From Candidatus Babeliales bacterium (GTDB taxonomy: Bacteria > Babelota > Babeliae > Babelales > JACPOV01), in assembly GCA_050250855.1 (NCBI GenBank), contig JBFWNW010000001.1:376279-440278 (forward strand): a stretch of 64,000 nt of DNA, given 5' to 3'. Positions within the stretch are counted from its first letter, which is position 1; every line of letters starts with the position of its first letter. Position numbers and translations under genes: made by a program. The notes under the pieces are model-generated. The model did no database searches, was not told the origin of the DNA, and saw only the letters and a list, made by a program, of their open reading frames with translations. Shown one piece after another: positions 17,834-27,849 of this stretch.

Positions 17834-18871
17834 ACTTCGTTCAAGGATGCGGTCAAATTCATGCGGATTTGCAGTAGGTTCTGCTTGGTTGCGAATAAAC
17901 GTAATACCCAGAAAACCCTCTTGTTTGGGGGTGTAATAAATGAGCTCATCCCGTTGAGAACCATCTTTATTGGTTTGCGTTACTTTGACATTGATCAAAT
18001 ACTGGCGCTGCTCTTTTGGTGCTTGGTTTTTGAGCATGAGCAAATGTCCTTGCACGGGAATAATGCGTTTGTCGTGTGTGAGTTGTTTTGTGCCAAGTCC
18101 TGAACAGTTAAAGATAGTTGCGGCAGAACATTCATCAAAGTCGGTGATTTCTTTTTTATATAAAGGAATACCCAGCTGCTGCACGGTATTTTGTAATTCA
18201 TGCATAAGGGCAGTGGCATCAATAAAAAGTGTTTGATATTGCATGAGGTTGTATGTTTTGCTTTCACCAAATGAAACGGTAACCGGTTGTGGTGCTGCCA
18301 ATAATCCTTTTTCTATAAAAGGTTGCAAGCCAGGATCCATGCTGTGGTCAAAGTAACCGGGTAAAAACTGTGCACCTTGGTATATGAAGGGATGTTTGTG
18401 TTCGATGATCTGTTTGTAGGTTAAAAATGAACGTAAACTGTAGGCTGCAAAAATTTCTTTTTCATGAGGCAATGATGTTCTGCGTGGGCGTGGGAAAAAA
18501 AAGCCCGCTGCTTTGTGTGAGGGTAAATTTTCTGTTTGCTTGGCAACAATGTGGACATTGTATCCCTTGCGCTCAAGAGTGATTGCGGTCAACAATCCAT
18601 AACATCCGGCACCAATAACCGCAATTTCGTGTAGTTTTGAAATACCTTTTGTAGCGCAATATTCTTCAAATTGACGAATGGATTCTTCAACGCACCCAAA
18701 TAAAAAGGTAAGGCCAGCGCCCCCTTGGCCATAATTGTGACAAATCAGCTTGCCATTACGTTTTTCAAGGGAAACATAAAAAATTCGTTCACGATGCGCA
18801 CGAATGCAGCTAATTTTTTCATGAATATGCTCATCAGAAAGAGCAGGAGGTGTTAAGGTAATTATGCTCAC
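17813..18871 (-). CDS. FAD-dependent D-amino-acid-oxidase-like protein, circularly permuted motif order
   Basis: HNYGQGGAG precedes IAVIGAGCYG; IFNCSGLG, IPVQGHL. Confidence 0.85.
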   Translation of the reverse strand: MSIITLTPPALSDEHIHEKISCIRAHRERIFYVSLEKRNGKLICHNYGQGGAGLTFLFGCVEESIRQFEEYCATKGISKLHEIAVIGAGCYGLLTAITLERKGYNVHIVAKQTENLPSHKAAGFFFPRPRRTSLPHEKEIFAAYSLRSFLTYKQIIEHKHPFIYQGAQFLPGYFDHSMDPGLQPFIEKGLLAAPQPVTVSFGESKTYNLMQYQTLFIDATALMHELQNTVQQLGIPLYKKEITDFDECSAATIFNCSGLGTKQLTHDKRIIPVQGHLLMLKNQAPKEQRQYLINVKVTQTNKDGSQRDELIYYTPKQEGFLGITFIRNQAEPTANPHEFDRILERSRLFFSP

Positions 18872-18941
18872 AATGGGTACTTTTATTATAACGGTTTTTT
18901 AGTAGTATAGCGTACCCATCGTGTTTTTGATAGTAATTTTT

Positions 18942-19115
18942 GCGCTTTTATCCTTCGATACAATGTGCTGCGCACATCACTCAGGATGAGCGCTTTACAT
19001 AGAATTATAGTTTAATTTTTCTTAGAGCTTACATTAGTTATTTAAAACCTCGAATATCGAAGCGCTCATCCTGAGTGTTTTTCCGTTAGGAAAAATGTAT
19101 CGAAGGATAAGAGCG
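18942..19115. repeat. REPIN-like doublet
   Basis: TCCTTCGATACA..CACTCAGGATGAGCGCT and the inverted AGCGCTCATCCTGAGTG..TGTATCGAAGGA. Confidence 0.85.
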
Positions 19116-19129
19116 GGAGTATTGATTTT

Positions 19130-19615
19130 CTAATACAAAAGCATAATGAGCGCCATCAGCGCCATTAATAAATCTTCTGCCAAGGTGACATAGGTCATAG
19201 GTACGGTAAAAAGAGCACCAAGGCATGCGCAGACAAATTCTCTTTGTGCTGCTAGTTCTATTGCAACGCCGGCAGCACTAAAAAGCATCACAATGAGGGT
19301 TATAAGATTGGTAGCAAAGGGTGCAAAGCGTGTAAGATAAGCGATTCCTAATGCCAATTCAATAAAGGGATAACTATAAGCATACATAATGCTTTGTTTT
19401 GCAAGGATATCATACATAGCATACGCTTTTACAAAACCATGAATGTTGATAATTTTTAAACTGCCAAAAATAACAAAAAAGAAACCCATAAAATCACTCA
19501 TGGCACTCATCCAGTGCCAACCGCGGCATCCTTGGCTCATCCATGTTAAAAAAAGTATAATTGTAAACATGGCAATAAGCGGTAAAAAATCACGAACCGT
19601 ATAGTGTGCTTGCAT
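19130..19615 (-). CDS. MauE/DoxX-family membrane protein
   Basis: FMGFFFVIFGSLK, YDILAK, YPFIELALG, CACLG, EDLLM. Confidence 0.8.
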   Translation of the reverse strand: MQAHYTVRDFLPLIAMFTIILFLTWMSQGCRGWHWMSAMSDFMGFFFVIFGSLKIINIHGFVKAYAMYDILAKQSIMYAYSYPFIELALGIAYLTRFAPFATNLITLIVMLFSAAGVAIELAAQREFVCACLGALFTVPMTYVTLAEDLLMALMALIMLLY

Positions 19616-19689
19616 AGCATTTTCCTTTCTTTTTGTGATTTGTTATACTTTAAACGTTTATTCAACTCTGTTTTTTGCAGGAGACCTTT

Positions 19690-20466
19690 ATGAAAAAATT
19701 TTTTCTATCATTTCTTCTTATTTCTTGTGTTACCGCACAAGGTAGTTTTGAGTCAATAGTTCATGAAGTAAAAGAACGCGTGCAAGATGCACGTTGTTAT
19801 AGTCGCTACTATGGGCCCTATGTAGTTGGTGCTCCTATAGCGCTCAGCGGTTTTACGGTTAACAAAGAAGTGGGGTTGAGTATTTTTACGTTAGCAGGTC
19901 TTTATTCAGTATATGCTGCCGTACAAGGATATCGTGAAATTCGTGACATTGCCCATAAATATGCGGTAACACCAAAAGCGGTTGATTATTGGAATAACTT
20001 TTATAGCGATGAACCATTTTTATTGTGTCGCTGGCGTCAGCAAGATGATCGTTATAATGACGGTTATTATTGGCCAACAGCATGGTTGTGTCATGAAGAA
20101 CAGCATATGGTGCGCAAAAAATTAATTGAAGATGTTCATGCACAGCGTATTGCGGTTACGCTTAATGGCAAAAAAATAACACAGCCAAAACCATCTCAGC
20201 TTATGCAAGCGCTCACACAAGAAATACAAAGTTTAGAGCAGGATAAATGTCGTTTGCAAGCGTATACACCTATTTATCGCTCGGTAGAACAACCAGAAGA
20301 TTTTCATCCAGCATTAGGTATTTCTAGAATTTTGTGGCCAAATTACAATAGGGCTTCACAACTGTATATTGATATTGTGCAGATGATGAAACGTCTTGAA
20401 GTACTACGTTCTATTGTAGGTAAGTTGCGCTCTGAATTGGTTGATGATCGTTGGCCAAAGGCGTAA
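19690..20466 (+). CDS. Exported/membrane hypothetical protein
   Basis: MKKFFLSFLLISCVTAQG leader with GGAG RBS; long ORF. Confidence 0.7.
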   Translation: MKKFFLSFLLISCVTAQGSFESIVHEVKERVQDARCYSRYYGPYVVGAPIALSGFTVNKEVGLSIFTLAGLYSVYAAVQGYREIRDIAHKYAVTPKAVDYWNNFYSDEPFLLCRWRQQDDRYNDGYYWPTAWLCHEEQHMVRKKLIEDVHAQRIAVTLNGKKITQPKPSQLMQALTQEIQSLEQDKCRLQAYTPIYRSVEQPEDFHPALGISRILWPNYNRASQLYIDIVQMMKRLEVLRSIVGKLRSELVDDRWPKA

Positions 20467-20468
20467 AT

Positions 20469-21686
20469 TTAACTGATAAATTCAAGCAACTTATAATCTT
20501 TAATAGTTTGAATAACGGTTTTAGATTTATCAAGTCGTAGGAGCGGTTCTTTTTTAAGATATGCTTGTTTGAGCTCTTCAACCGTTTTTATATCTTTAAA
20601 AATATGATCAATAGGTATTTCATGTACTTTGCCGTAGCCATGACTGTAATGACGAGCTTCTATAATCGTATTTTTTTCAATAGATCCTATGACCATAACA
20701 TGGCCTGGAATCCACATGAGATCTCCATTCTGAGCTTTTGTTTCTTGCGTATATGTTTTTAAATTTTTTGAGAGCGTTGTAGTGTTTTTGTAATAATAGG
20801 GTAATCCTGCTGTTTGTGCTGCGCGTGCAATAAGGCCAGCGCAATCAAAGCCAGAAAGTGGATTGCGCACGTCATGACGTTTGAAAATTTCAACTGGTTT
20901 TTGATAATGATCTTTAGTTTGTAGTACGGCAAATGAATCCTCTTTGCACATGTGAGTGAGGCTACAACCGCCCCATACATAAGGAACAAAGCCATGGGTT
21001 GCTTGAGCCCATTGACGACACAACAAGACAAACAGTTTTCTTTTTTGTGCGCCAGATAGTTCGTCGGTGCATAATGCCGCATTGCTTGGTACGTGAGCAA
21101 TGTGCATACGCATTGTTTTAGGATCAAGGATATAGATAGGTGTTTTGGCAGCTTCTTGAGCGCCTGCTTGTACAAAACGGGTGCCTACTGAAAAGGTGTA
21201 GCCGGAAATAGTATCTCTAAATGGCTTTAAAAGTGTTACTACTTTGTGCGGATGTTTCTTGTGTGGTGTTGTGTAGGAAATGGTCGGTGGTATATGTTCT
21301 AAAGAAATTGTATGTTTTTTGAGATGCTCAAGAGGAACAATATTCTTTTTGAGTGTCCAGAAGGTATCGTATTTTAGAGAATCTTTATCTTTTTCGTAAA
21401 AAAAGTTATATATTTTAACAAAAACCTCATCATGTTTTTCTTCAAGCACTGTTACCTGTTCTCCAAATAAAGCTTGATGAACACGTGGGCAGGCGAACTC
21501 TCCTTTTTTTCCGCAGATAGCCAGCTTTTTATACCATGGCTCGGCAGGAATTTTAGGAGATTCTTGAAGGGATTGTCCAGCTAGATCGGCAACCGGAACG
21601 GCAATCAATGCATCATACGGTTTTGTTAAGCCATAAAAATAGGTAGGTAGAAAGAGTATTAGTCCTAAAATAATGTGTATGGTCAT
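20469..21686 (-). CDS. NlpC/P60 cysteine peptidase (YkfC-like, with SH3b-type N-terminal region)
   Basis: PYVWGG, GFDCAGL, GDLMWIPGHV; HQALFGEQV. Confidence 0.85.
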   Translation of the reverse strand: MTIHIILGLILFLPTYFYGLTKPYDALIAVPVADLAGQSLQESPKIPAEPWYKKLAICGKKGEFACPRVHQALFGEQVTVLEEKHDEVFVKIYNFFYEKDKDSLKYDTFWTLKKNIVPLEHLKKHTISLEHIPPTISYTTPHKKHPHKVVTLLKPFRDTISGYTFSVGTRFVQAGAQEAAKTPIYILDPKTMRMHIAHVPSNAALCTDELSGAQKRKLFVLLCRQWAQATHGFVPYVWGGCSLTHMCKEDSFAVLQTKDHYQKPVEIFKRHDVRNPLSGFDCAGLIARAAQTAGLPYYYKNTTTLSKNLKTYTQETKAQNGDLMWIPGHVMVIGSIEKNTIIEARHYSHGYGKVHEIPIDHIFKDIKTVEELKQAYLKKEPLLRLDKSKTVIQTIKDYKLLEFIS

Positions 21687-21853
21687 GATCTCACCTGCTT
21701 GTTAAATTAATTTTTTGAAAACTTTAATAAATCACTACTTATTATTATTTTCTATTTGAATAAAAAATATCAAGAGATAAGGAGAGAGGCTGAGAATATA
21801 TTGATTTATGAGGTATGACTTAGCTATGCTCAATCATAAGGTGAAGGATTTTC

Positions 21854-22885
21854 GTGAAATATAGTCTGCTGAATGCTTTTTTTCTTGTATCTTTCATGGG
21901 CGCTGATGTACCTACGCCTCCTGCATGGACATGGTTATATAAAAAAACGTTTACTGCTGCAGAAAAAGCATGCCATGCTTATCGTTCATCACTCTTTTTT
22001 TCAAAAGAGGATACGCCGCAATTTAATCAGCTTATTTTTTCTTGGAATGCGTTTAGGCCAGAAAAAGGATTTTATCGTTTTAAAGCACGTGTTCGTAATG
22101 CCAAAACTAAAAAATGGTATAGTTGGCATACTATGGCAGAATGGGGTAATGACGTGCAGCGCTCATTCCTAGAAAAAAGTTTATGGGGAACACAATTTTT
22201 TCATGTGCGCCTAGAGCTTCCCGTACATCATTATGCGGATGCTCTTGCTATAAAAGTAGAAGCAGTTGATGGTGCAACATGTGCTGATTTACATGGTTTA
22301 TATGTTAGTGTTTCTAATTTACAGCTATTTTCGCATGAATCGGTACAGCAGTTAGAACCATTACATTCATTGCATATACGTACTGTTCCTGCGCTTTCTC
22401 AAATGCTTCTAGATCACCCGAAAAAAGAGGTTTTGTGCTCGCCAACATCGTGCAGTATGTTGATCAGTTATCTGACAAAGAATAAGGTTAATCCTGTTGA
22501 ATTTGCTACGCGTGCACATGATAAAGGATTAGATGCCTATGGTAGTTGGCCATTTAATAGTGCCCATGCATTTGAACTGTGTAAAGGGAACTATGGTTTT
22601 TATGTACAGCGTTTGCCGTCTTTTGCTGCATTGTATAAATACATTCAACGAAAAATTCCTGTAGTGGTCAGCGTGCGCGGGGCACTTAAGGGAGCACCCA
22701 AAGATTATAATGACGGCCATTTGTTGGTGGTTGTCGGTTGGGACGCTTATACAAAAAAAGTAATTTGTCATGATCCTGCTTTTGATTCTCTTGATAAAAC
22801 ATGCATAGCATATGATGCCGAAGCATTTTTAAAAGCATGGGAATGTTCCCGTCGCTTGTCATATATTGCACAACCTTTGAGTTAA
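21854..22885 (+). CDS. Peptidase C39-like family protein
   Basis: SQM...LCSPTSCSM, GSWPFN, GHLLVVVGWD, CHDPA. Confidence 0.85.
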   Translation: MKYSLLNAFFLVSFMGADVPTPPAWTWLYKKTFTAAEKACHAYRSSLFFSKEDTPQFNQLIFSWNAFRPEKGFYRFKARVRNAKTKKWYSWHTMAEWGNDVQRSFLEKSLWGTQFFHVRLELPVHHYADALAIKVEAVDGATCADLHGLYVSVSNLQLFSHESVQQLEPLHSLHIRTVPALSQMLLDHPKKEVLCSPTSCSMLISYLTKNKVNPVEFATRAHDKGLDAYGSWPFNSAHAFELCKGNYGFYVQRLPSFAALYKYIQRKIPVVVSVRGALKGAPKDYNDGHLLVVVGWDAYTKKVICHDPAFDSLDKTCIAYDAEAFLKAWECSRRLSYIAQPLS

Positions 22886-22961
22886 CTATTTAATTTATTG
22901 ACAATCTGAAATATAAAGTGTTACCTTCTTAGTAACAGATGATGTTTGAGAGGGGGACCTT

Positions 22962-24074
22962 ATGAAACAATTTTTTAGTATTGTATACATTCTGAATGTT
23001 GTGTCGGTATGCGCCGCTAGTAATCAACTTATGAATCTTTTTCACCATAAAGGAATTTTGGGTGATAAGATTGTATGTTATTTTAATGAAGAACCGAATT
23101 GTCAGGTAACGGTATTACAAGAAACAGACAAAGAAAAGCAGGTTGAATATTTTATCCCGCATGGCACGGTGAATAATGCTGTACGTAAAATGGTTGATGC
23201 ACTTAATGGTGCTCAAGGTGCTCATTATATCGTTAAGGTAAGTCAAGAAAAAAAGCCACGTGAGGGTATAAAATTTATTATAAGTTATAACCCTGCAATG
23301 ATTGTATGTGATTATGGCACGTGTGATTCTATTAGTATGTATAAAAGCTTAGTTTTTAATCTGCATAATAAATCTAAGTTGCGCTCTATTGAAGCGTATA
23401 ATGGCTCCGTGCTGCGCCAAGCCTCTTGCAATAAAAAGCCTCATATTATGCTTGATTTTGGTCATGGCGGGCATGATCTTGGTAAAGTCGGCTGTTCTAT
23501 GATTAAAGAAAAAGATATTAACATGCAGGTTGGCAAAAAGTTGGCATCATTGCTTGAACATAAAGGCTACGAGGTTTCTTTAGTCCGTGAAAATGATACG
23601 TATGTTTCTCTTGATGCACGTACAACGCTTGCTAATAAAAAAAAAGTAGATCTTTTTGTTTCCTTACATTCTAATGCTGGCAACCCAGCAGCTTCAGGTG
23701 TTGAAACCTATTGGAGTCCACGAGCCAGCATTAAAAGAACTGTTCTTGCAGGAAATAAAGAGCAGGATTGTGAAACGGCTATAAAAAATTCTTTTAAGCT
23801 CCTTGATACTGCAAGTAAAACGCTGGCAACAGAAATTCAGAATAATGTTATAGCTTTAGTGTCTCAAAAGCATCCTGTTGTTAATAGAAAAGTAAAACAA
23901 TCAATTGCACAGGTTCTGCTTGGGGCAGATATGCCTTCAGCGCTCATAGAAATGGGTTTTTTGTCTAATCCGCTCGAAACCCAACTTCTTGCAAAAGCAG
24001 ATTATCAATATTTACTTGCACAAGGTATTTGCAATGGGATTGATTCTTATTGTAAGACTGTTAGAATTGTATAA
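22962..24074 (+). CDS. N-acetylmuramoyl-L-alanine amidase (Amidase_3)
   Basis: LDFGHGGHD, EKDIN, FVSLHSN, PSALIEMGFLSN. Confidence 0.92.
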   Translation: MKQFFSIVYILNVVSVCAASNQLMNLFHHKGILGDKIVCYFNEEPNCQVTVLQETDKEKQVEYFIPHGTVNNAVRKMVDALNGAQGAHYIVKVSQEKKPREGIKFIISYNPAMIVCDYGTCDSISMYKSLVFNLHNKSKLRSIEAYNGSVLRQASCNKKPHIMLDFGHGGHDLGKVGCSMIKEKDINMQVGKKLASLLEHKGYEVSLVRENDTYVSLDARTTLANKKKVDLFVSLHSNAGNPAASGVETYWSPRASIKRTVLAGNKEQDCETAIKNSFKLLDTASKTLATEIQNNVIALVSQKHPVVNRKVKQSIAQVLLGADMPSALIEMGFLSNPLETQLLAKADYQYLLAQGICNGIDSYCKTVRIV

Positions 24075-24173
24075 ACAAAAAAAGATTGCAACAAAAAAGA
24101 TAACAATGATACAATGCAATTGTTAGGGTTGTTTTTCTTATCAAAAAATTATAACTATTAGTGGAATATTACG

Positions 24174-25544
24174 GTGCTAGCAAAAATTTGGGAACAGTTT
24201 TTAGCTATTGTGCGTGAAGAAGCAGGGAGTCGTGTTGTAGAAACATGGCTCAAAGCGGTTTCTTTATACCAATGGGATGCTTTAGAAAAAAAGGTATTCC
24301 TTTTGGCGCCCAATTCTTTTGTTAAAGAATGGATTAAGAGCAACTATATGGCGTTGTTTGGCACTCATTTGAGCCGACTTTTGCACGTTGATGAGTTAAA
24401 GATAGTGTTTGTTGATGCGGAAGCTTCTGATGCTCAAGAAGAGCACAGAACAACTATTATTCCAGCACATAGGGTTTCTGAAGGTCCTTCAACGGCTCTT
24501 TCTTTAAAAAATAACCAAAAAAATCGTTACCATGTCAATAAGAATTATCGTTTTGATACGTTCATTAAAGGGCCTAATAACCAGATGGCCTATGCTGCTG
24601 CGCTGGCTATTACCAAGAAGCTCGGTAAATTGTATAATCCACTTTTTATTTATGGTGGTTCTGGGCTTGGTAAAACGCACTTGCTTCATGCTATTGCCAA
24701 TGAAGTTAAACGCCAATCAGAAGATATTCAAGTTTTATACCAACCGGCTGAACGCTTTGTGAATGAATTTATTAACGCTATACGCTTTGATAAGGTGCAT
24801 GCGTTTCAAGCAAAATATAAAAATATAGATGTTTTTTTAGTTGATGATATTCAATCAATTTCTAATAAAGAGCAAACACAAGAAGCATTTTTCCATATAT
24901 TTAATGCTATGCATGACGCGCATAAACAAATTGTGTTTTCAAGTGATGCGTATCCGGCCGATATTGATGGTCTTGCAGAACGCTTGCGTTCGCGTCTTGA
25001 ATGGGGCTTAGTTGCTGATATTCAAGTTCCTACGCTTGAAACAAAAATTGCTATCTTAAAACGCAAGGCGGAACTTAATAATTATGAATTACCCGACGAT
25101 GTTGCGCTTTTTGTAGCGTCACGTGTTGTATCAAATGTGCGTGAGCTTGAAGGAGCTTTGATTCGTATTGTAGCATTTGCTTCATTGACCAAGCAGCATC
25201 TTACGCTTGAGCTTGCCAAAAAAGTTTTAACACGCACGGAAAGTTCTAAAGAAATTGTCATTGATTTTGATCGTATCGTTAACCTTATTCAATCGCATTA
25301 TACCTATACTCTTTCTGATTTGCGTTCACGTAATAGAAGCAAACAGTTGTCTTTGGCGCGCCAAATTGCTATGTATTGTATGAAGAAGTATACATCAAAA
25401 TCGTTACATGAAATTGCCTATTACCTTAATCGGCAAGATCATTCTACGGTTATTCATGCGTACCGCCATATTGAAAAAAAGATTAAGGAAGATGAGTTGT
25501 TTTGTCAGAAACTTCATAAGCTTGAGCAGGAGGTCAGGTCATAA
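24174..25544 (+). CDS. dnaA: Chromosomal replication initiator DnaA
   Basis: YNPLFIYGGSGLGKTHL, VDDIQ, QEAFFHIFN, RLRSRLEWGL, RELEGAL, DHSTVIHA. Confidence 0.98.
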   Translation: MLAKIWEQFLAIVREEAGSRVVETWLKAVSLYQWDALEKKVFLLAPNSFVKEWIKSNYMALFGTHLSRLLHVDELKIVFVDAEASDAQEEHRTTIIPAHRVSEGPSTALSLKNNQKNRYHVNKNYRFDTFIKGPNNQMAYAAALAITKKLGKLYNPLFIYGGSGLGKTHLLHAIANEVKRQSEDIQVLYQPAERFVNEFINAIRFDKVHAFQAKYKNIDVFLVDDIQSISNKEQTQEAFFHIFNAMHDAHKQIVFSSDAYPADIDGLAERLRSRLEWGLVADIQVPTLETKIAILKRKAELNNYELPDDVALFVASRVVSNVRELEGALIRIVAFASLTKQHLTLELAKKVLTRTESSKEIVIDFDRIVNLIQSHYTYTLSDLRSRNRSKQLSLARQIAMYCMKKYTSKSLHEIAYYLNRQDHSTVIHAYRHIEKKIKEDELFCQKLHKLEQEVRS

Positions 25545-25570
25545 AACCCAAAAAACGAGGGAGAGGGGAT

Positions 25571-26062
25571 ATGAACTATACAAAAGGTCTTTTCATAGCA
25601 CTAGTATTTGGTACTTTTTTTGTAATGGAGGCATCACTTTCAAAAGTGATATGTTCTTTGGAAGAATTTATACAGCATGAAATTCCGAGCGCAGACCAAC
25701 GTGAATTTCGTCTTTTTTACAATGATTTAATGCATGATCAACAAAAGAAGAAGTTAAGCTTAAGTCAGTCAGACCTTAAGCAGGTTCAAGAAGAGATTAC
25801 TGCTATGCAACGTGCTGGTAAAACATCTCTGGAAGTTAGAAATCCTTCTTTAGCTCAAAAAGTAGCGCTGAATGAAAAAAATGTATCGGTACAAAAAAAT
25901 ATTAAAGAACTTCTCTATCGCTATGGTGCTTACGAGAAATTCTGCAATAATCGAGCTGGAAAATTAAAAAATATCATCAGTAAAACACGTGCGTATATGA
26001 AAGACACCAGCAATAAAATGATGGCATTTTTTAAACGTAATCGCTCAGAAAAACCTGCTTAG
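25571..26062 (+). CDS. Exported hypothetical protein
   Basis: Signal-like N-terminus; GAGGGG RBS. Confidence 0.65.
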   Translation: MNYTKGLFIALVFGTFFVMEASLSKVICSLEEFIQHEIPSADQREFRLFYNDLMHDQQKKKLSLSQSDLKQVQEEITAMQRAGKTSLEVRNPSLAQKVALNEKNVSVQKNIKELLYRYGAYEKFCNNRAGKLKNIISKTRAYMKDTSNKMMAFFKRNRSEKPA

Positions 26063-27106
26063 TTAAAACTCTTTCATGGGCCAATGGCGCCGCCTTTGAT
26101 TGTGGCGGCGCATTTCTTTTGTCCTACCCAGGGCATTATCCAAAAGTTTGAATCCCAAGTTGGTGTACCATTGTAAATAACTTTTGCAAAGCGGCGGATT
26201 ATCATAGCCAACCATAGTGGGAAAATGCTCCGTATCTATAGGAATAATTTTTTGTGTTCCTTTTTCAACAGCATAATTATTAATGTGAGGATCTATATCT
26301 TGCTGTAGATAGTTACTTAAACTCATAGCCGTCATGCGATCGTGATCACTTTTTAAGCTAAACATACGTTTAACATCAATATAATCACAAATAAGGGCGT
26401 ATACTGCGGGAATATCCGTAGTACGTGTTTCTTCCGGGCCCATGTTTTTTCCTGTTATGGTGAGCCAACGAGGATTGCGTGGCAACCAGAACCATTTTCT
26501 TGGAAATGCAATTTTATCTTTCCAGTAACTATTTTGTTGAACTTTTTCACGTAGTCGTTCTAGATTTTTAATACGAGTAAAGCCGCTTAAATGTCGCGTT
26601 ATGCCGTTGCCAAGAATAAAAAGAGCGCTTGTTTCAAAGCCTTTTGAGAGTGGGCTTACAAAACTTTCTGGTGTTTCTACAAAAAGTTTGACTACAAAGG
26701 GGTAGTTTTTAAAGCGCGCAATGATGAGCCCTGTTTGATCACGTGTATTAAAATCTCTTTGTTTTAAAACAGTAAAATGGGTGAACTCTTTTTTCTTTTC
26801 ATGTACCTCTTTGAGTAAGTGTTGAACTAACTCTGATAAAACAGCGCCATTTACGGTTTGTCTGCTATGTCGATATGTAATGGGGCCGTAGGGCAAAAGG
26901 TGATCATAAAAATGCTTTTTATCAAAAAGATTAAAATAAGGACCTTCTTGTAGGTGAGAATGTACTAAGCTGTACTGCGTTTTTTCTCCTTGCCATTGTG
27001 CACAAATAGTTGGCGCATGAGGATCAATGGGACGAAATGGACTGCGTGCATGCAGTAAAAAAGATGTAGTAATAAAGGTAATAAATATACTGTATAAAAT
27101 TCTCAT
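26063..27106 (-). CDS. Exported protein with atypical-kinase-like motifs
   Basis: Signal peptide; FVVKLF, DPHINN, IIPIDTE. Confidence 0.6.
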   Translation of the reverse strand: MRILYSIFITFITTSFLLHARSPFRPIDPHAPTICAQWQGEKTQYSLVHSHLQEGPYFNLFDKKHFYDHLLPYGPITYRHSRQTVNGAVLSELVQHLLKEVHEKKKEFTHFTVLKQRDFNTRDQTGLIIARFKNYPFVVKLFVETPESFVSPLSKGFETSALFILGNGITRHLSGFTRIKNLERLREKVQQNSYWKDKIAFPRKWFWLPRNPRWLTITGKNMGPEETRTTDIPAVYALICDYIDVKRMFSLKSDHDRMTAMSLSNYLQQDIDPHINNYAVEKGTQKIIPIDTEHFPTMVGYDNPPLCKSYLQWYTNLGFKLLDNALGRTKEMRRHNQRRRHWPMKEF

Positions 27107-27313
27107 AATATTCCATATTTTTTATATATCTACTTTAGCCAAATTTTTAAGGCAATAAAAGATTTGTTCTATAATAATATGAAAAAGATGAAAGTAATCT
27201 ACTATTTTTGGCAAAAAAGAATACCATTTGCATCATGAATAGTCCTCGTAGTATTATAGAAAAAAAGAGGAATGTTTTTGATAATGTTTCAGAAACAAAA
27301 AAAAGGGTGAAGT

Positions 27314-27838
27314 ATGAAGTATTCAGATAAGCACGTTATGCTGCTTAAATTTCTTAATGAATTACCACGAAAGATGTTGTTGCTTGCTGATCATGATCAT
27401 GCACCAGCGTTTGTGCTCCATGATTTTTGCAGCGAATCATATTTTAATTTAAGTAAAGCAGCATATTTTGTGGATAATCCAGATTTTGACTGTACAAAAG
27501 GGATTGCAGGTGTTTGCAAACATGAAGAAAGCTTTTGTACTATTCCTGATATTTGGCAAGAGCGTGAGCGCTATTGTTCCATTCTTGATTGTTCTCCATT
27601 CTATAAGAAGGTTCGAGATTTTAATCGACCAAGTGTAAGCAAAAATTGCAATGAAAAAGAGTGCGTTGATATTATAGCACATGAGTTTGATTTTACTGAA
27701 CCGCGCTATATAACATGGCCTATGAAACATAATAATCATGGTATTTTTGTGTTTCAGGCTCACGATGGTGATCAGGAGTTGATTGATGAGCATTTAGAAC
27801 ATGGTGTTTATTATCTTAACTTTTGTCCGCTTGGGTAA
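27314..27838 (+). CDS. Hypothetical protein
   Basis: 174-aa ORF with purine-rich leader; no family recognised. Confidence 0.65.
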   Translation: MKYSDKHVMLLKFLNELPRKMLLLADHDHAPAFVLHDFCSESYFNLSKAAYFVDNPDFDCTKGIAGVCKHEESFCTIPDIWQERERYCSILDCSPFYKKVRDFNRPSVSKNCNEKECVDIIAHEFDFTEPRYITWPMKHNNHGIFVFQAHDGDQELIDEHLEHGVYYLNFCPLG

Positions 27839-27849
27839 CCGCTACCTAT

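Noticed and set aside
24075..24173. oriC upstream of dnaA
   Set aside because: AT-rich, but no convincing DnaA-box cluster is visible
27469..27477. Perfect DnaA box TGTGGATAA
   Set aside because: Single copy inside a coding region; expected by chance
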